Position numbers and translations under genes: made by a program. From a virus (taxonomy: Duplodnaviria; Caudoviricetes), in the IMG/VR virus record IMGVR_UViG_3300044454_000105, positions 1 to 41,164 of that record: a stretch of 41,164 nt of DNA; one strand, given 5' to 3'. Positions 7,725 to 16,600 of the stretch are shown in pieces. The first letter of the stretch is position 1; every line of letters starts with the position of its first letter. Under the pieces are notes generated by a model. The model saw nothing but the letters and a program-made list of their open reading frames with translations. It did not search any database and was not told the DNA's origin.

Positions 7725-8206
7725 AGCGCATACTGGTACTGGAGGGGGAACACCCCCTATCGTGGAATGAGTTATACAGCGGCAAACATTGGGCGCTCCG
7801 CCAGCAGCAAGCCAACCGCGCGCATGCGTTGGTGCGTGCGGCGCTGAACCCGGATGACCCGCTTTTTACCCGGCCTGTGACCATCAAATTTATCGTGTAC
7901 TTTGCCCACCATCCCCAGGACGCCAGCAATATTTGTAGCAAGGTTTATGAGGATGGGCTGGTCGGCTGGTGGCTTTTGGATGATGGGCCGCTGTACGTGC
8001 GTTCCATGACCACCGAATCCAGGGTCGACAAAGCCCACCCGCGCATCGTGATCGAATGCGAAGAGATTGCCGGGGATGAGCCGGAACTGCTCAACGGCTG
8101 CGTGTTCACCTGCGCCGGGTGCGGGCGCAAATACACGCAGCTCGCCCGGCTCTTGGAACACCGGGAGTCGGGCGAGTGTGGCGGGGATGGGCAGGAATGC
8201 GATTAA
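7721..8206 (+). CDS. rusA: RusA-like Holliday junction resolvase with C-terminal zinc finger
   Basis: PLSWN..DASN..K.YEDGL...LDD..V RusA-type acidic motif; CAGC..H..C tail. Confidence 0.7.
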   Translation: MKRILVLEGEHPLSWNELYSGKHWALRQQQANRAHALVRAALNPDDPLFTRPVTIKFIVYFAHHPQDASNICSKVYEDGLVGWWLLDDGPLYVRSMTTESRVDKAHPRIVIECEEIAGDEPELLNGCVFTCAGCGRKYTQLARLLEHRESGECGGDGQECD

Positions 8207-8253
8207 TCAATATCGCATAGCCGAATAAAACCCACGGGTTTGTTATCTATTAG

Positions 8254-8282
8254 TTGACGTATCATGGATTATTCGCTATGAT
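8254..8282 (+). promoter_or_regulatory. Sigma70-type promoter upstream of the endolysin and late genes
   Basis: TTGACG-17-TATGAT. Confidence 0.75.
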
Positions 8283-8320
8283 AGGGTAGGGGAGCGTCCG
8301 CGTTCGTGCAAAGGAGCAAT

Positions 8321-9058
8321 ATGACCTGGATATTCGGAATCGATAGCTGGGAAGGCAATCTCATCATCAACGAGCCGGAGCTAAAGTTGGGTGGGGTGTC
8401 GTTCCTGATCCCGCGTATGAACTCCATCTCCGGCGCTCTGCACATGGATGATACCTTTCTCACCCAATGGGCAGAAGCGGAACCATTTATCCATTTCCCC
8501 TACTATGTCTATACGCCGTACTCGCCCGGCGCGGTCAACTGGGCCTGGCTGAAAGCACATCTCCCGGCAGGGGTGAAGCGGATAGCGGTGGATATTGAAG
8601 TGAAGCGCCCGGATTACCCGGCATGGGCTTACGCCGCGCAGGTGTATCAATTTCTGGATGATGTACAGATGTACGGCCTGAAGCCGGTCATCTATACCGG
8701 GGCCTGGTTTCTGGATACCCTCGATAGCTGGCCGGCATACGTTGAATATTGGTGGGCAAGATACCCCTATGCGCTGTACCCGCCCGACAGCCAGCGCATC
8801 ACCTGGGCGGAGTTGCGCGTGAAGCTGGATGCGCTGGGGTGGAACCCGGCCTGCACCACCGGCACGTGCCACCTGTGGCAATGTTCAGGGGACCGCTACA
8901 AGCTGCCGGGGATGAATGACCGGGTGGCAGACATCAACGTGTGGGATGGAACGCTGAATGAGTTACGCGCCTGGGTCGGGGATAACGTAGAAGATGAGCC
9001 CACGCTGGAAGAGAAGGTTGAAGCGTTATGGATCTATCACCCCGAACTGCATCCGTGA
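8321..9058 (+). CDS. Endolysin, GH25-family muramidase
   Basis: GIDS, AVDIE (DxE), PVIYTG, LWQCS and VADIN motifs; AAGGAG RBS. Confidence 0.85.
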   Translation: MTWIFGIDSWEGNLIINEPELKLGGVSFLIPRMNSISGALHMDDTFLTQWAEAEPFIHFPYYVYTPYSPGAVNWAWLKAHLPAGVKRIAVDIEVKRPDYPAWAYAAQVYQFLDDVQMYGLKPVIYTGAWFLDTLDSWPAYVEYWWARYPYALYPPDSQRITWAELRVKLDALGWNPACTTGTCHLWQCSGDRYKLPGMNDRVADINVWDGTLNELRAWVGDNVEDEPTLEEKVEALWIYHPELHP

Positions 9059-9076
9059 TTGACGATTTCCGTCACG
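9049..9076 (+). repeat. 28-bp direct repeat, copy 1
   Basis: GCATCCGTGATTGACGATTTCCGTCACG. Confidence 0.9.
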
Positions 9077-9107
9077 GGCCTATCTATCCACCGAAAGGAC
9101 ATTAGGG

Positions 9108-9641
9108 ATGACATACGATTGCACCAATGATGTAAAAGAGCATATCGGGCGGGTTCAAAAATGGATGGGTGACTTCGCCCGTCAAATCGTGGACCGCTCG
9201 AAATGGCACGATAAAAGCAAGCTCGAAGACCCGGTAGAGAAAGCACTTTTCGACCATTGGACGCCTGAGCTGCGCCGCCTGACTTTCGGGAGCGATGAAT
9301 ATAAGGTTGCCCTGGATGGGATGGGCGAAGGCGTGAAGCGCCACTACAAGGCCAATCGCCATCACCCGGAGCATTACGAGAACGGGGTGAATGGCATGAC
9401 GCTGGTAGACCTGATCGAGATGGTTTGTGACTGGCAAGCAGCCGCGCAAGCCAAGAATACCAGCATCGATCTCCTTCATGCCGCCAAACGGTTCGGCTTG
9501 TGCGATCAACTGGTAGAGATTATTGCCAACACCCTCCGCGAGGATGACCTGTGGCGTATCGTCAACGGCGGCGCGGTGGACGGTGAATACTGCCCGCCTG
9601 AACTGCGAGATCGGCACGTGGAAGGATTTGAGCATCCGTGA
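9108..9641 (+). CDS. DUF5662-like HD-type putative phosphohydrolase
   Basis: HI..V..HDKSKL..HY..NRHHPEHY..GM.LVDLIEMVCDW. Confidence 0.75.
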   Translation: MTYDCTNDVKEHIGRVQKWMGDFARQIVDRSKWHDKSKLEDPVEKALFDHWTPELRRLTFGSDEYKVALDGMGEGVKRHYKANRHHPEHYENGVNGMTLVDLIEMVCDWQAAAQAKNTSIDLLHAAKRFGLCDQLVEIIANTLREDDLWRIVNGGAVDGEYCPPELRDRHVEGFEHP

Positions 9642-9659
9642 TTGACGACTTCCGTCACG
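9632..9659 (+). repeat. 28-bp direct repeat, copy 2
   Basis: GCATCCGTGATTGACGACTTCCGTCACG (one mismatch to copy 1). Confidence 0.9.
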
Positions 9660-9781
9660 AGCTGTACGCCAACCCGCCGCGCCTGTCTGCCCTGGTGACG
9701 GTGGCGCTGATCTGGTCATTTGGGTTCATGGCGGGGGTGCTGTTCGTGGGCGTGGTGCTGCTGTTGGGGAGGGTGTCATGA
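9638..9781 (+). CDS. 47-aa membrane protein (not in the ORF track)
   Basis: MIDDFRHELYANPPRLSALVTVALIWSFGFMAGVLFVGVVLLLGRVS; GTGA and ATGA overlaps on either side. Confidence 0.65.
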   Translation: MIDDFRHELYANPPRLSALVTVALIWSFGFMAGVLFVGVVLLLGRVS

Positions 9782-9978
9782 ATCACCCTATGCGTATAAC
9801 CGAATTGAGTGGAGTAGGGGGCTGCTACCAGCGCATCGCTGACCTGCGCCACCGCATTTACTACGATACGATGCTCGATGCGCTGGCGCTGGTGGATATG
9901 ATGAAAAAGACCCGGCTGAACAACGGCGCAAAAGCGTGCGGAATGTGGTCAAACCAGGTGTTTGTAGGAAGAAATTAG
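9778..9978 (+). CDS. Hypothetical protein
   Basis: 66 aa; GGAGG RBS; coupled. Confidence 0.5.
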   Translation: MNHPMRITELSGVGGCYQRIADLRHRIYYDTMLDALALVDMMKKTRLNNGAKACGMWSNQVFVGRN

Positions 9979-10002
9979 GCACAATATAACACTATTTATC
10001 AT

Positions 10003-10560
10003 GTGCCAAAGATGATTATGACTGAAAAGAACCCTACCCCCAAACAGCGCGCATTTATCGAGGCATACCTGACTTGTTGGAATGCTTCCGAGGCGGCGCG
10101 GCAAGCGGGGTATACAGGAAAGGCGAACGTTATCGGCCCGCGCTTGTTGGCAAATGTTAGCATCAAGGCCGCCATCAAACAACGCCTTGACGAAAAGGCC
10201 CTGGCTGCCAATGAGGTATTGGCGATTATCTCGGATCAGGCCCGCGGCGACATGGGCGAATTTCTCGATATTAGTTCGGTTGCGTTTCAGGTGAATCTCG
10301 CTCGCGCCAAAGAGAAGGGCTTGACCAAGCTGATCAAGAAGGTTAAGCAACGCACCACTACCACCCTATCGAAGGAAGGCATAGAGACTGAGACAAGTGA
10401 TATTGAGATTGAGTTGTATGACGCGCAGTCAGCAGCCGTTCACATGGGCAGGCATCACGCTCTGTTTACGGATAACCACGACGTTACCAGCGCGGGCCAA
10501 CCCATCACCATGATTGAAGTCATCAAAGACTATGGAACTGGTCAGACAGACGAACGGTAA
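10003..10560 (+). CDS. terS: Terminase small subunit
   Basis: PKQRAFIEAYL..WNASEAARQAGY..RLLANV; precedes TerL; start could be 10018. Confidence 0.9.
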   Translation: MPKMIMTEKNPTPKQRAFIEAYLTCWNASEAARQAGYTGKANVIGPRLLANVSIKAAIKQRLDEKALAANEVLAIISDQARGDMGEFLDISSVAFQVNLARAKEKGLTKLIKKVKQRTTTTLSKEGIETETSDIEIELYDAQSAAVHMGRHHALFTDNHDVTSAGQPITMIEVIKDYGTGQTDER

Positions 10561-11770
10561 ATTGACGCTTGGGCTTCATCCTGGGCAAACTCAAGCCTGG
10601 GATAGTCAGGCGCGCTTTACGTTTGTCGTGGCCGGTACGCAGTCGGGCAAGACTTCGTTTGGTCCCTGGTGGCTGGCGCGTGAGATCGACCGGGCGGGGG
10701 ATGGGGACTATCTCGCCGTGACCGCCACGTATGACCTGTTCAAACTCAAGATGCTGCCGGAAATGTTACGCACCTTTACCGGGATCTTGGGCGGCTGGAT
10801 CTGGCAGGCGTCCGACCGGGTATTGTACAAGGGCGAGAGTCGAATTGTGCTGAGAAGCGCCAATGCACCCGGAGGGCTGGAGTCTGCTACCGCAAAAGCC
10901 GCATGGCTGGACGAATGCGGGCAGGACGAATTCTCCCTGTCTGCCTGGGAAGCGGTACAGCGCCGGTTGTCTCTCTCGCGCGGGCGGGTGCTGGGCACGA
11001 CCACTCCCTATAACCTGGGTTGGCTCAAGAAGGAAGTCTACGACCGCTGGCGCGCCAAAGACCCGGATTATCGAGTGATCCAATTCAAAAGCACCATGAA
11101 CCCATCCTTCCCGATGGAAGAATACCGCCGGGCAAAGGCGACCTTACCCGCTTGGAAGTTCAACATGTTTTATAACGGCGAATTCACCAAGCCCGCCGGG
11201 ATGATTTATGACTGCTTCGAAGATGAGATCCATATCGTGCGGCCCATCCCCCTACCCCCCGAATGGCCGCGCTATTTCGGCAACGACTTTGGAGCGGTCA
11301 ATAACGCTTCGGTGTGGATTGCCGAGAACCCGAATAACAATACGTTCTACCTGTATCGAGAACGCAAAGCGGGCAGCCTATCCACCAACGAGCATGTTGG
11401 GGCGATCTGTGAATTGGAAGAGGGAGAACACATCGTAGCGCGGGCGGGCGGGGCCAAAAGCGAACAGCAGCAGCGTTGGGACTGGAGCGCGGCGGGGATG
11501 AGCGTGCAAGAACCCATCGTAGCAGATGTAGAGGCGGGAATTGACCGGGTGTACGCCCTGATCAAGGCCAAGCGCCTGTTTGTGTTCGACACCTGCGCGG
11601 GTGTGCTGGACGAAATCGGCACATATAGCCGGGAGCTGGATGATATGGGGCAACCGACCGAGAAGATCAAGGACAAAGAAACATTTCACTTCTTGGATGC
11701 CCTGCGCTATTGCGTGCAGCATATTGGTATGACCGCCGAAATGGTAGACGATCCTTTTTCTGACTGGTAG
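10532..11770 (+). CDS. terL: Terminase large subunit
   Basis: Walker A VAGTQSGKT, Walker B AWLDECG, TTTP motif, nuclease GNDFG and HFLDALRY. Confidence 0.93.
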   Translation: MELVRQTNGKLTLGLHPGQTQAWDSQARFTFVVAGTQSGKTSFGPWWLAREIDRAGDGDYLAVTATYDLFKLKMLPEMLRTFTGILGGWIWQASDRVLYKGESRIVLRSANAPGGLESATAKAAWLDECGQDEFSLSAWEAVQRRLSLSRGRVLGTTTPYNLGWLKKEVYDRWRAKDPDYRVIQFKSTMNPSFPMEEYRRAKATLPAWKFNMFYNGEFTKPAGMIYDCFEDEIHIVRPIPLPPEWPRYFGNDFGAVNNASVWIAENPNNNTFYLYRERKAGSLSTNEHVGAICELEEGEHIVARAGGAKSEQQQRWDWSAAGMSVQEPIVADVEAGIDRVYALIKAKRLFVFDTCAGVLDEIGTYSRELDDMGQPTEKIKDKETFHFLDALRYCVQHIGMTAEMVDDPFSDW

Positions 11771-11782
11771 GAGTGCTTAGAC

Positions 11783-13258
11783 ATGGGACTAATTGACAAT
11801 ATCAACGCATGGCTGAAATCTCGTATCGTGGGCTGGCTGGAAGGTGGCAACGACCCCACCTACGGAGACCGCTCGCAAAGCATGGCGAGCAGGCGCTATT
11901 ACCGCCTGGGCGCACAAAAGCGATTCCTGCGCCGTTCTCGTGAAGGCTACGATGATAACGTGGTGGGCAACTTCCTGGGCCTGGCCCTGGACCGGGGCAT
12001 CTCGCTTCTGTTCGGCAAGGAAATCGAGTTTGAGTGGGAAGAAGGCGTTGATGATGCCACCGTTGAATATATTGATGACATCTGGGAAGCTAACAATAAG
12101 CCCATCCTGTTACACAAACTTGCCATGTACGGCGGGGAAGATGGGACGGTGTTTGTCAAGTTAGTCCCCGATGAAGAGAAGGGCTGGCGCATTATTGCCC
12201 AAGACCCAATCTTCAAAGACATCCTGACCGACCCGGATGATGACGAAAAGGTGATCCGCTACGTCACCCAGTACAAGACCAGGGACATCGACGGGGAAGA
12301 AGTCGCCAAGCGGGAAACGATATTGGCGGGCAACTATGAAGACCTGACCCAACCGCTCACGCATTGGCTCATTCGCAACGAAATCAACAGCCGCAGCACG
12401 GGCGGTAAGTGGGTCATCGTGAGCGAGAACGTATGGCCCTACGTGCAAGCGCCGCTCATCCATTGGCAGAATCTGCCGATGGTGGGCACGGCCTGGGGGA
12501 TGCCTGATATTGCCGATGATGTGATCGAGCTTCAGGATAAGAGCAACTTTGCCATCTCCAACGTCAATCGGATTATTCGCCTGTTCGCCCATCCCTTCCG
12601 CTGGTCGCGTGGGTTTGGCGGGGCAAAAGTGGCAGGTGCAGCCAACGCAGAGATGGATACCGGGCCTGACAAGATGCCCAACGTGGATAGCCCAACTGCC
12701 GAAGTCAACCAGCTCCCGCCCGTGGGAGATGTGCCGGGGGCGGTGGGGCATGCACAAAACTTGCGCCAGATTATCTTTGACACCACCCGAAACACCGATA
12801 TCAGCAGCATGAAAGATAAAGTCGGAGCCTTGACCAACTTCGGCTTGCGGATTTTGTTCTATGATGCGCTGCAAAAGCTGGAAACCAAGCGCAACCTATA
12901 CGCATGGGGCATACGGGAAATCAACCGGCGCATCCTGATATTCTCGAATATGGAGCCGAAAGATTGCACGATCACGTGGAAAGACCCCTTGCCCGTGGAT
13001 GAGACGGCCTTGCGTACCAACCTGGAAGCGGATATGAGGATGGGCGTGGTGAGCAAAGAGACCATAGCCAAGCGGCTTGGCTATGATTGGGAGAAGGAAG
13101 AGAAGCTCATCGAAGAACAGCAGCAGGCAACGGATAATGTCGGGGCGCAGATATTGCGCGCTTTTGACCGCACAGGCGGGGCAATGAATGAACGCATGGG
13201 AGGGAACCAACCGAATGAGCGAATGCAGAATAAACAGCCGGCCAATCTTCGTACATGA
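11783..13258 (+). CDS. Portal protein (SPP1-like)
   Basis: 491 aa after TerL; G.PDIADDVIELQD, LTNFGLRILF and SKET..KRLG patterns. Confidence 0.88.
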   Translation: MGLIDNINAWLKSRIVGWLEGGNDPTYGDRSQSMASRRYYRLGAQKRFLRRSREGYDDNVVGNFLGLALDRGISLLFGKEIEFEWEEGVDDATVEYIDDIWEANNKPILLHKLAMYGGEDGTVFVKLVPDEEKGWRIIAQDPIFKDILTDPDDDEKVIRYVTQYKTRDIDGEEVAKRETILAGNYEDLTQPLTHWLIRNEINSRSTGGKWVIVSENVWPYVQAPLIHWQNLPMVGTAWGMPDIADDVIELQDKSNFAISNVNRIIRLFAHPFRWSRGFGGAKVAGAANAEMDTGPDKMPNVDSPTAEVNQLPPVGDVPGAVGHAQNLRQIIFDTTRNTDISSMKDKVGALTNFGLRILFYDALQKLETKRNLYAWGIREINRRILIFSNMEPKDCTITWKDPLPVDETALRTNLEADMRMGVVSKETIAKRLGYDWEKEEKLIEEQQQATDNVGAQILRAFDRTGGAMNERMGGNQPNERMQNKQPANLRT

Positions 13259-13769
13259 TTCGTCCAGGCTCACTCTAGCCAGGCTGTTTGCACAGATGGG
13301 CTATACCCGCGGCGTGGAAATCGGCACGGGCGGCGGCGTGTATGCGGAAGTGTTGTGCCGGAATATCCCAGGCTTGCGGCTGGTATGCGTAGACCTGTGG
13401 CGGCCCTACGATGGGTATATCGATTACACCAGTGTGGATTATCTGGAGCAGGACTACCGGCGCGCACAAGAGTTGTTAGCGCCCTGGTGTGTTGAGTTAA
13501 TCCGTAAAGAGAGCATGGATGCCCTGACAATATTTCAAGATGGGGAGTTTGATTTCTGCTACATCGATGCCAACCACCGCTCGCCCTGGGTAGACAACGA
13601 TATCTACTGGTGGTCCAAGAAGGTTCGCAGCGGTGGTATTGTCTCAGGGCACGATTATTCCAGGGAACATCTTGACGTAATGCAGGCGGTGGAACGATTA
13701 GCACCGGGAGATTTCTATGTGACGAGTACGACATCGGAGATTCCGTCCTGGTATTGGGGGAAACGATGA
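13215..13769 (+). CDS. Class I SAM-dependent methyltransferase
   Basis: VEIGTGGG, FDFCYIDANH, GGIVSGHDY. Confidence 0.88.
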   Translation: MSECRINSRPIFVHDSSRLTLARLFAQMGYTRGVEIGTGGGVYAEVLCRNIPGLRLVCVDLWRPYDGYIDYTSVDYLEQDYRRAQELLAPWCVELIRKESMDALTIFQDGEFDFCYIDANHRSPWVDNDIYWWSKKVRSGGIVSGHDYSREHLDVMQAVERLAPGDFYVTSTTSEIPSWYWGKR

Positions 13770-14695
13770 CCTGGCAGGACATCCCCGTCTTTGTCACCGG
13801 CGGTACTGGCTTTGTGGGCCAATACCTGATTCGCCACCTGCTTCATTCGGGGGCGTGCGTAACCGCTCTGGTGCGGGATGATGTGCTTACCCCCCTCCCC
13901 TGCCCTATCAACCGCATTCACGGAGATGTATGCAACCAAAAGCTGATCGAGCGCGTACTCAACGAATACAACATATCGACCGTGTTTCACCTGGCAGCGC
14001 AGGCAGATGTCACGTTTGCCAATGAGCATCCATCAAATACCTATGAGACGAATATCCTTGGCACGGTCTCCGTACTGGACGCCGTGCGGCGCATCAAGCC
14101 TGAGGCGATGGTGGTTATTGCCTCATCGGACAAAGCGTATGGGGATGCAGATACCCTACCCTACACGGAGGAAACGCCGCTGGTAGGGCGCAACCCGTAT
14201 GACTGCTCTAAGTCATGCGCGGACCTGGTGGCGCTGTCCTATCTCCATTCCTTCAACATGCGTATTGCCATTACCCGCTGTGGCAACATCTACGGCGGGG
14301 GCGATACCGACTGGAAGCGGCTGGTCCCTAATACGATTAGGCGCATCGTGCGCGGGCAGACGCCCGTTGTGTACGGCTATGGGGATGAGACACGGGATTT
14401 CTTCTATGTGGAAGACGTGGTAAACGCCTATCTCACTCTTGCCGAGAAAGACGCCCGCGGGCCGTACAATTTCAGCATGGGCCAACAGATCAGCGTGAGG
14501 GAGATGATTGAGACCATCTGTATATTGATGGATGAGCCGTGCCAGATTACGGCGCTTAACAATCCAAGGGGCATGATTAAGCACCAATGGCTGAACAGCA
14601 CGCGGGCGCGGGTGGAGTTGGGCTGGAAGCCGCTGTATACCCTGGAAGAAGGGCTGGCAGAGACAATCAAGTGGTATCGGGAGTATTTGGGATGA
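13766..14695 (+). CDS. rfbG: NDP-glucose 4,6-dehydratase, CDP-glucose 4,6-dehydratase-like SDR
   Basis: GGTGFVG, VFHLAAQ, SSDKAY, PYDCSKS (YxxxK), RCGNIYGGGD..RLVP. Confidence 0.8.
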   Translation: MTWQDIPVFVTGGTGFVGQYLIRHLLHSGACVTALVRDDVLTPLPCPINRIHGDVCNQKLIERVLNEYNISTVFHLAAQADVTFANEHPSNTYETNILGTVSVLDAVRRIKPEAMVVIASSDKAYGDADTLPYTEETPLVGRNPYDCSKSCADLVALSYLHSFNMRIAITRCGNIYGGGDTDWKRLVPNTIRRIVRGQTPVVYGYGDETRDFFYVEDVVNAYLTLAEKDARGPYNFSMGQQISVREMIETICILMDEPCQITALNNPRGMIKHQWLNSTRARVELGWKPLYTLEEGLAETIKWYREYLG

Positions 14696-15870
14696 ACGTC
14701 CCCGTACACGGCCGCATCGTGGGCGAGGAAGAGCGCGCCAATCTGTACGCGGTGGCGGATAGCGATTGGTACACCGCTGGCCCGTGGTGCGCTAAGTTTG
14801 AGAAGAAGCTGCGCGAATATTTAGGCGTGCGGCATGTGACCTTGTGCAATTCGGGTTCATCTGCCAACTTATTAGCGGTGTCTGCCCTGGAGCTAGAGCC
14901 AGGGGATGAAGTCATTACCACGGCGGTCAATTTCCCGACTACCGTCAATCCTATTCTCCAGGTGGGCGCTATCCCCGTCTTTATCGATGTCACCCTGCCG
15001 CACATGGTAGCAGACGCAAGCCAGTTGGAAGCGGCGCTATCGGACAAGACAAAAGCGGTCGTGCTGGCGCATACCCTGGGCTATCCGTTTGATGTGGCGG
15101 CGGTGGTGGATTTCTGCAAGGAATACAGCCTGTATTTAGTCGAAGATTGCTGTGATGCGTTAGGGAGTGAATATGATGGAGAGCGTGTCGGATCATGCGG
15201 GATTTTCTCAACCTACTCTTTCTATCCTGCCCACCAGATTACCACCGGAGAAGGGGGCGCAGTTGCTACGAGCCATCCTAGGCTGGATAAACTCGCTCGA
15301 TCTTACCGAGATTGGGGCCGTGATTGCTGGTGTGAACCCGGACACGACGATACATGTGGGCGAAGATGGTCAGGTGACTATGACCATAAATATACGTATT
15401 CGCATATAGGCTACAACCTGAAAATGGATGAGTTCGGCGGTGCAATAGGCGCGGCGCAAATGGATAGGCTACCTGAGTTTGTAGAAAAGCGCCGCCATAA
15501 CCACGCCTATCTTCTGCAACTGGCACAAGCGCAGGGATTACAGGATTATTTTGATTTGCCATTCCCTGAACCGTTCTACAACCCATCCTGGTTCGGCTTC
15601 TCCCTTATCAGCCGCGGCGAAGTGAACAGGAATGACATCTGCCGGTATCTCGATAGCGTCGGCGTGGGCAACCGGCCGGTGTTCGGCGGGAATCTCTTGC
15701 GGCAGCCCGCTTATGCCCACATCCCCCACCGCACCATCGGCAACCTTTATAACAGTAACGTGGTACATAACAATGCCTTTTGGATCGGCTGCTGGCCCGG
15801 TCTGGATGACCGCCAGTTGGAATATGCTATCGAAATGATTGTGAAATATATTGGGAGGGAACATGGATAA
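14692..15870 (+). CDS. rfbH: CDP-4-keto-6-deoxyglucose 3-dehydrase (E1/DdhC), DegT family
   Basis: NSGSSANLLA, EDCCDALG, SFYPAHQITTGEGG (His in place of the PLP Lys), GRDCWC..TC Fe-S cysteines, YDHKYTYSHIGYNLK. Confidence 0.9.
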   Translation: MNVPVHGRIVGEEERANLYAVADSDWYTAGPWCAKFEKKLREYLGVRHVTLCNSGSSANLLAVSALELEPGDEVITTAVNFPTTVNPILQVGAIPVFIDVTLPHMVADASQLEAALSDKTKAVVLAHTLGYPFDVAAVVDFCKEYSLYLVEDCCDALGSEYDGERVGSCGIFSTYSFYPAHQITTGEGGAVATSHPRLDKLARSYRDWGRDCWCEPGHDDTCGRRWSGDYDHKYTYSHIGYNLKMDEFGGAIGAAQMDRLPEFVEKRRHNHAYLLQLAQAQGLQDYFDLPFPEPFYNPSWFGFSLISRGEVNRNDICRYLDSVGVGNRPVFGGNLLRQPAYAHIPHRTIGNLYNSNVVHNNAFWIGCWPGLDDRQLEYAIEMIVKYIGREHG

Positions 15871-16600
15871 CGTCTTGATTACGGGGGGGTCGGGCTTCAT
15901 CGGTCATTGGCTGCAAGAGCGGCCCTTCGGCATGTGCGTGAGCCTGACCCACTACTTGTATGACCACTCAGAATGGATGGATGCCAAATGGCGCTATATC
16001 ATCCACCTGGCCCCCGTGCCCGTGGATGATGTGATCACCTGCGCCCGGCGCTCGAATGCCCATATCCTGTACGCATCCTCCGGCGGCGTGTATGACCGGG
16101 AGCCGGATGAGTATTTCCGCATGAAGCTGGAAGATGAGAAGAAGCTCTTGGCATCTGGTTTGAACGTCAAGATTGCCCGTATCTTCACCACCTGCGGGGC
16201 GCGGATGAAATGGGAGCGTTACGCCATTGGCAACTTTATCAAGCAGGCGGAGCGGGGCGGCCCGATCAACGTCCAATCCTACGGGCTGGTCGTGCGCTCG
16301 TACATGTACGGGTCAGACCTGGCAGAGTGGTTGTGGTGCATCTTATTAGATGGCAAGCCGGGCAGCGTGTATAACGTAGGTTCGGATGTGCCCCACTCCA
16401 CGCAAGAGTTAGCCTGGGAGATTGCCGGGCATTACGAACCCAAGCCGCAAATCAACATCATCCGCAAGATGGAGAACGAAGCGCGCCCATTTTACGTGCC
16501 GGATACCCGGCGCGCTGAGGATGAGTTGGGGCTGTCTATCAAAGTGCCGTTTGAGGATGCGATCAAGCGCACCGTGGAGGATTACCGCAATGAGAGATAA
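15863..16600 (+). CDS. NAD-dependent epimerase/dehydratase/reductase (compact SDR)
   Basis: LITGGSGFIG, YASSGGVY, YFRMK (YxxxK), RSYMY, VYNVGS. Confidence 0.85.
   Translation: MDNVLITGGSGFIGHWLQERPFGMCVSLTHYLYDHSEWMDAKWRYIIHLAPVPVDDVITCARRSNAHILYASSGGVYDREPDEYFRMKLEDEKKLLASGLNVKIARIFTTCGARMKWERYAIGNFIKQAERGGPINVQSYGLVVRSYMYGSDLAEWLWCILLDGKPGSVYNVGSDVPHSTQELAWEIAGHYEPKPQINIIRKMENEARPFYVPDTRRAEDELGLSIKVPFEDAIKRTVEDYRNER

Noticed and set aside
9049-9659. 28-bp repeats as prophage attL/attR or integron attC sites
   Set aside because: They enclose only one gene, no recombinase was recognised, and they lack attC consensus ends; retained as a cassette finding instead
13184-13230. Similarity between the portal 3' end (GAACCAAC..GAATGAG) and the MuF 5' end as an insertion scar of the sugar island
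   Set aside because: The match is short and gapped and could be chance
13215-13769. Methyltransferases as DNA methyltransferases, or the island as a DNA-hypermodification locus
   Set aside because: No DPPY/NPPY or PCQ motifs; no nucleotide kinase, hydroxymethylase or DNA polymerase recognised; location is late/structural. Considered unlikely but not formally excluded
14692-15870. Sugar aminotransferase (DegT/PerA/ArnB)
   Set aside because: His replaces the catalytic Lys and the Fe-S cysteine cluster is present, which fits the E1 dehydrase
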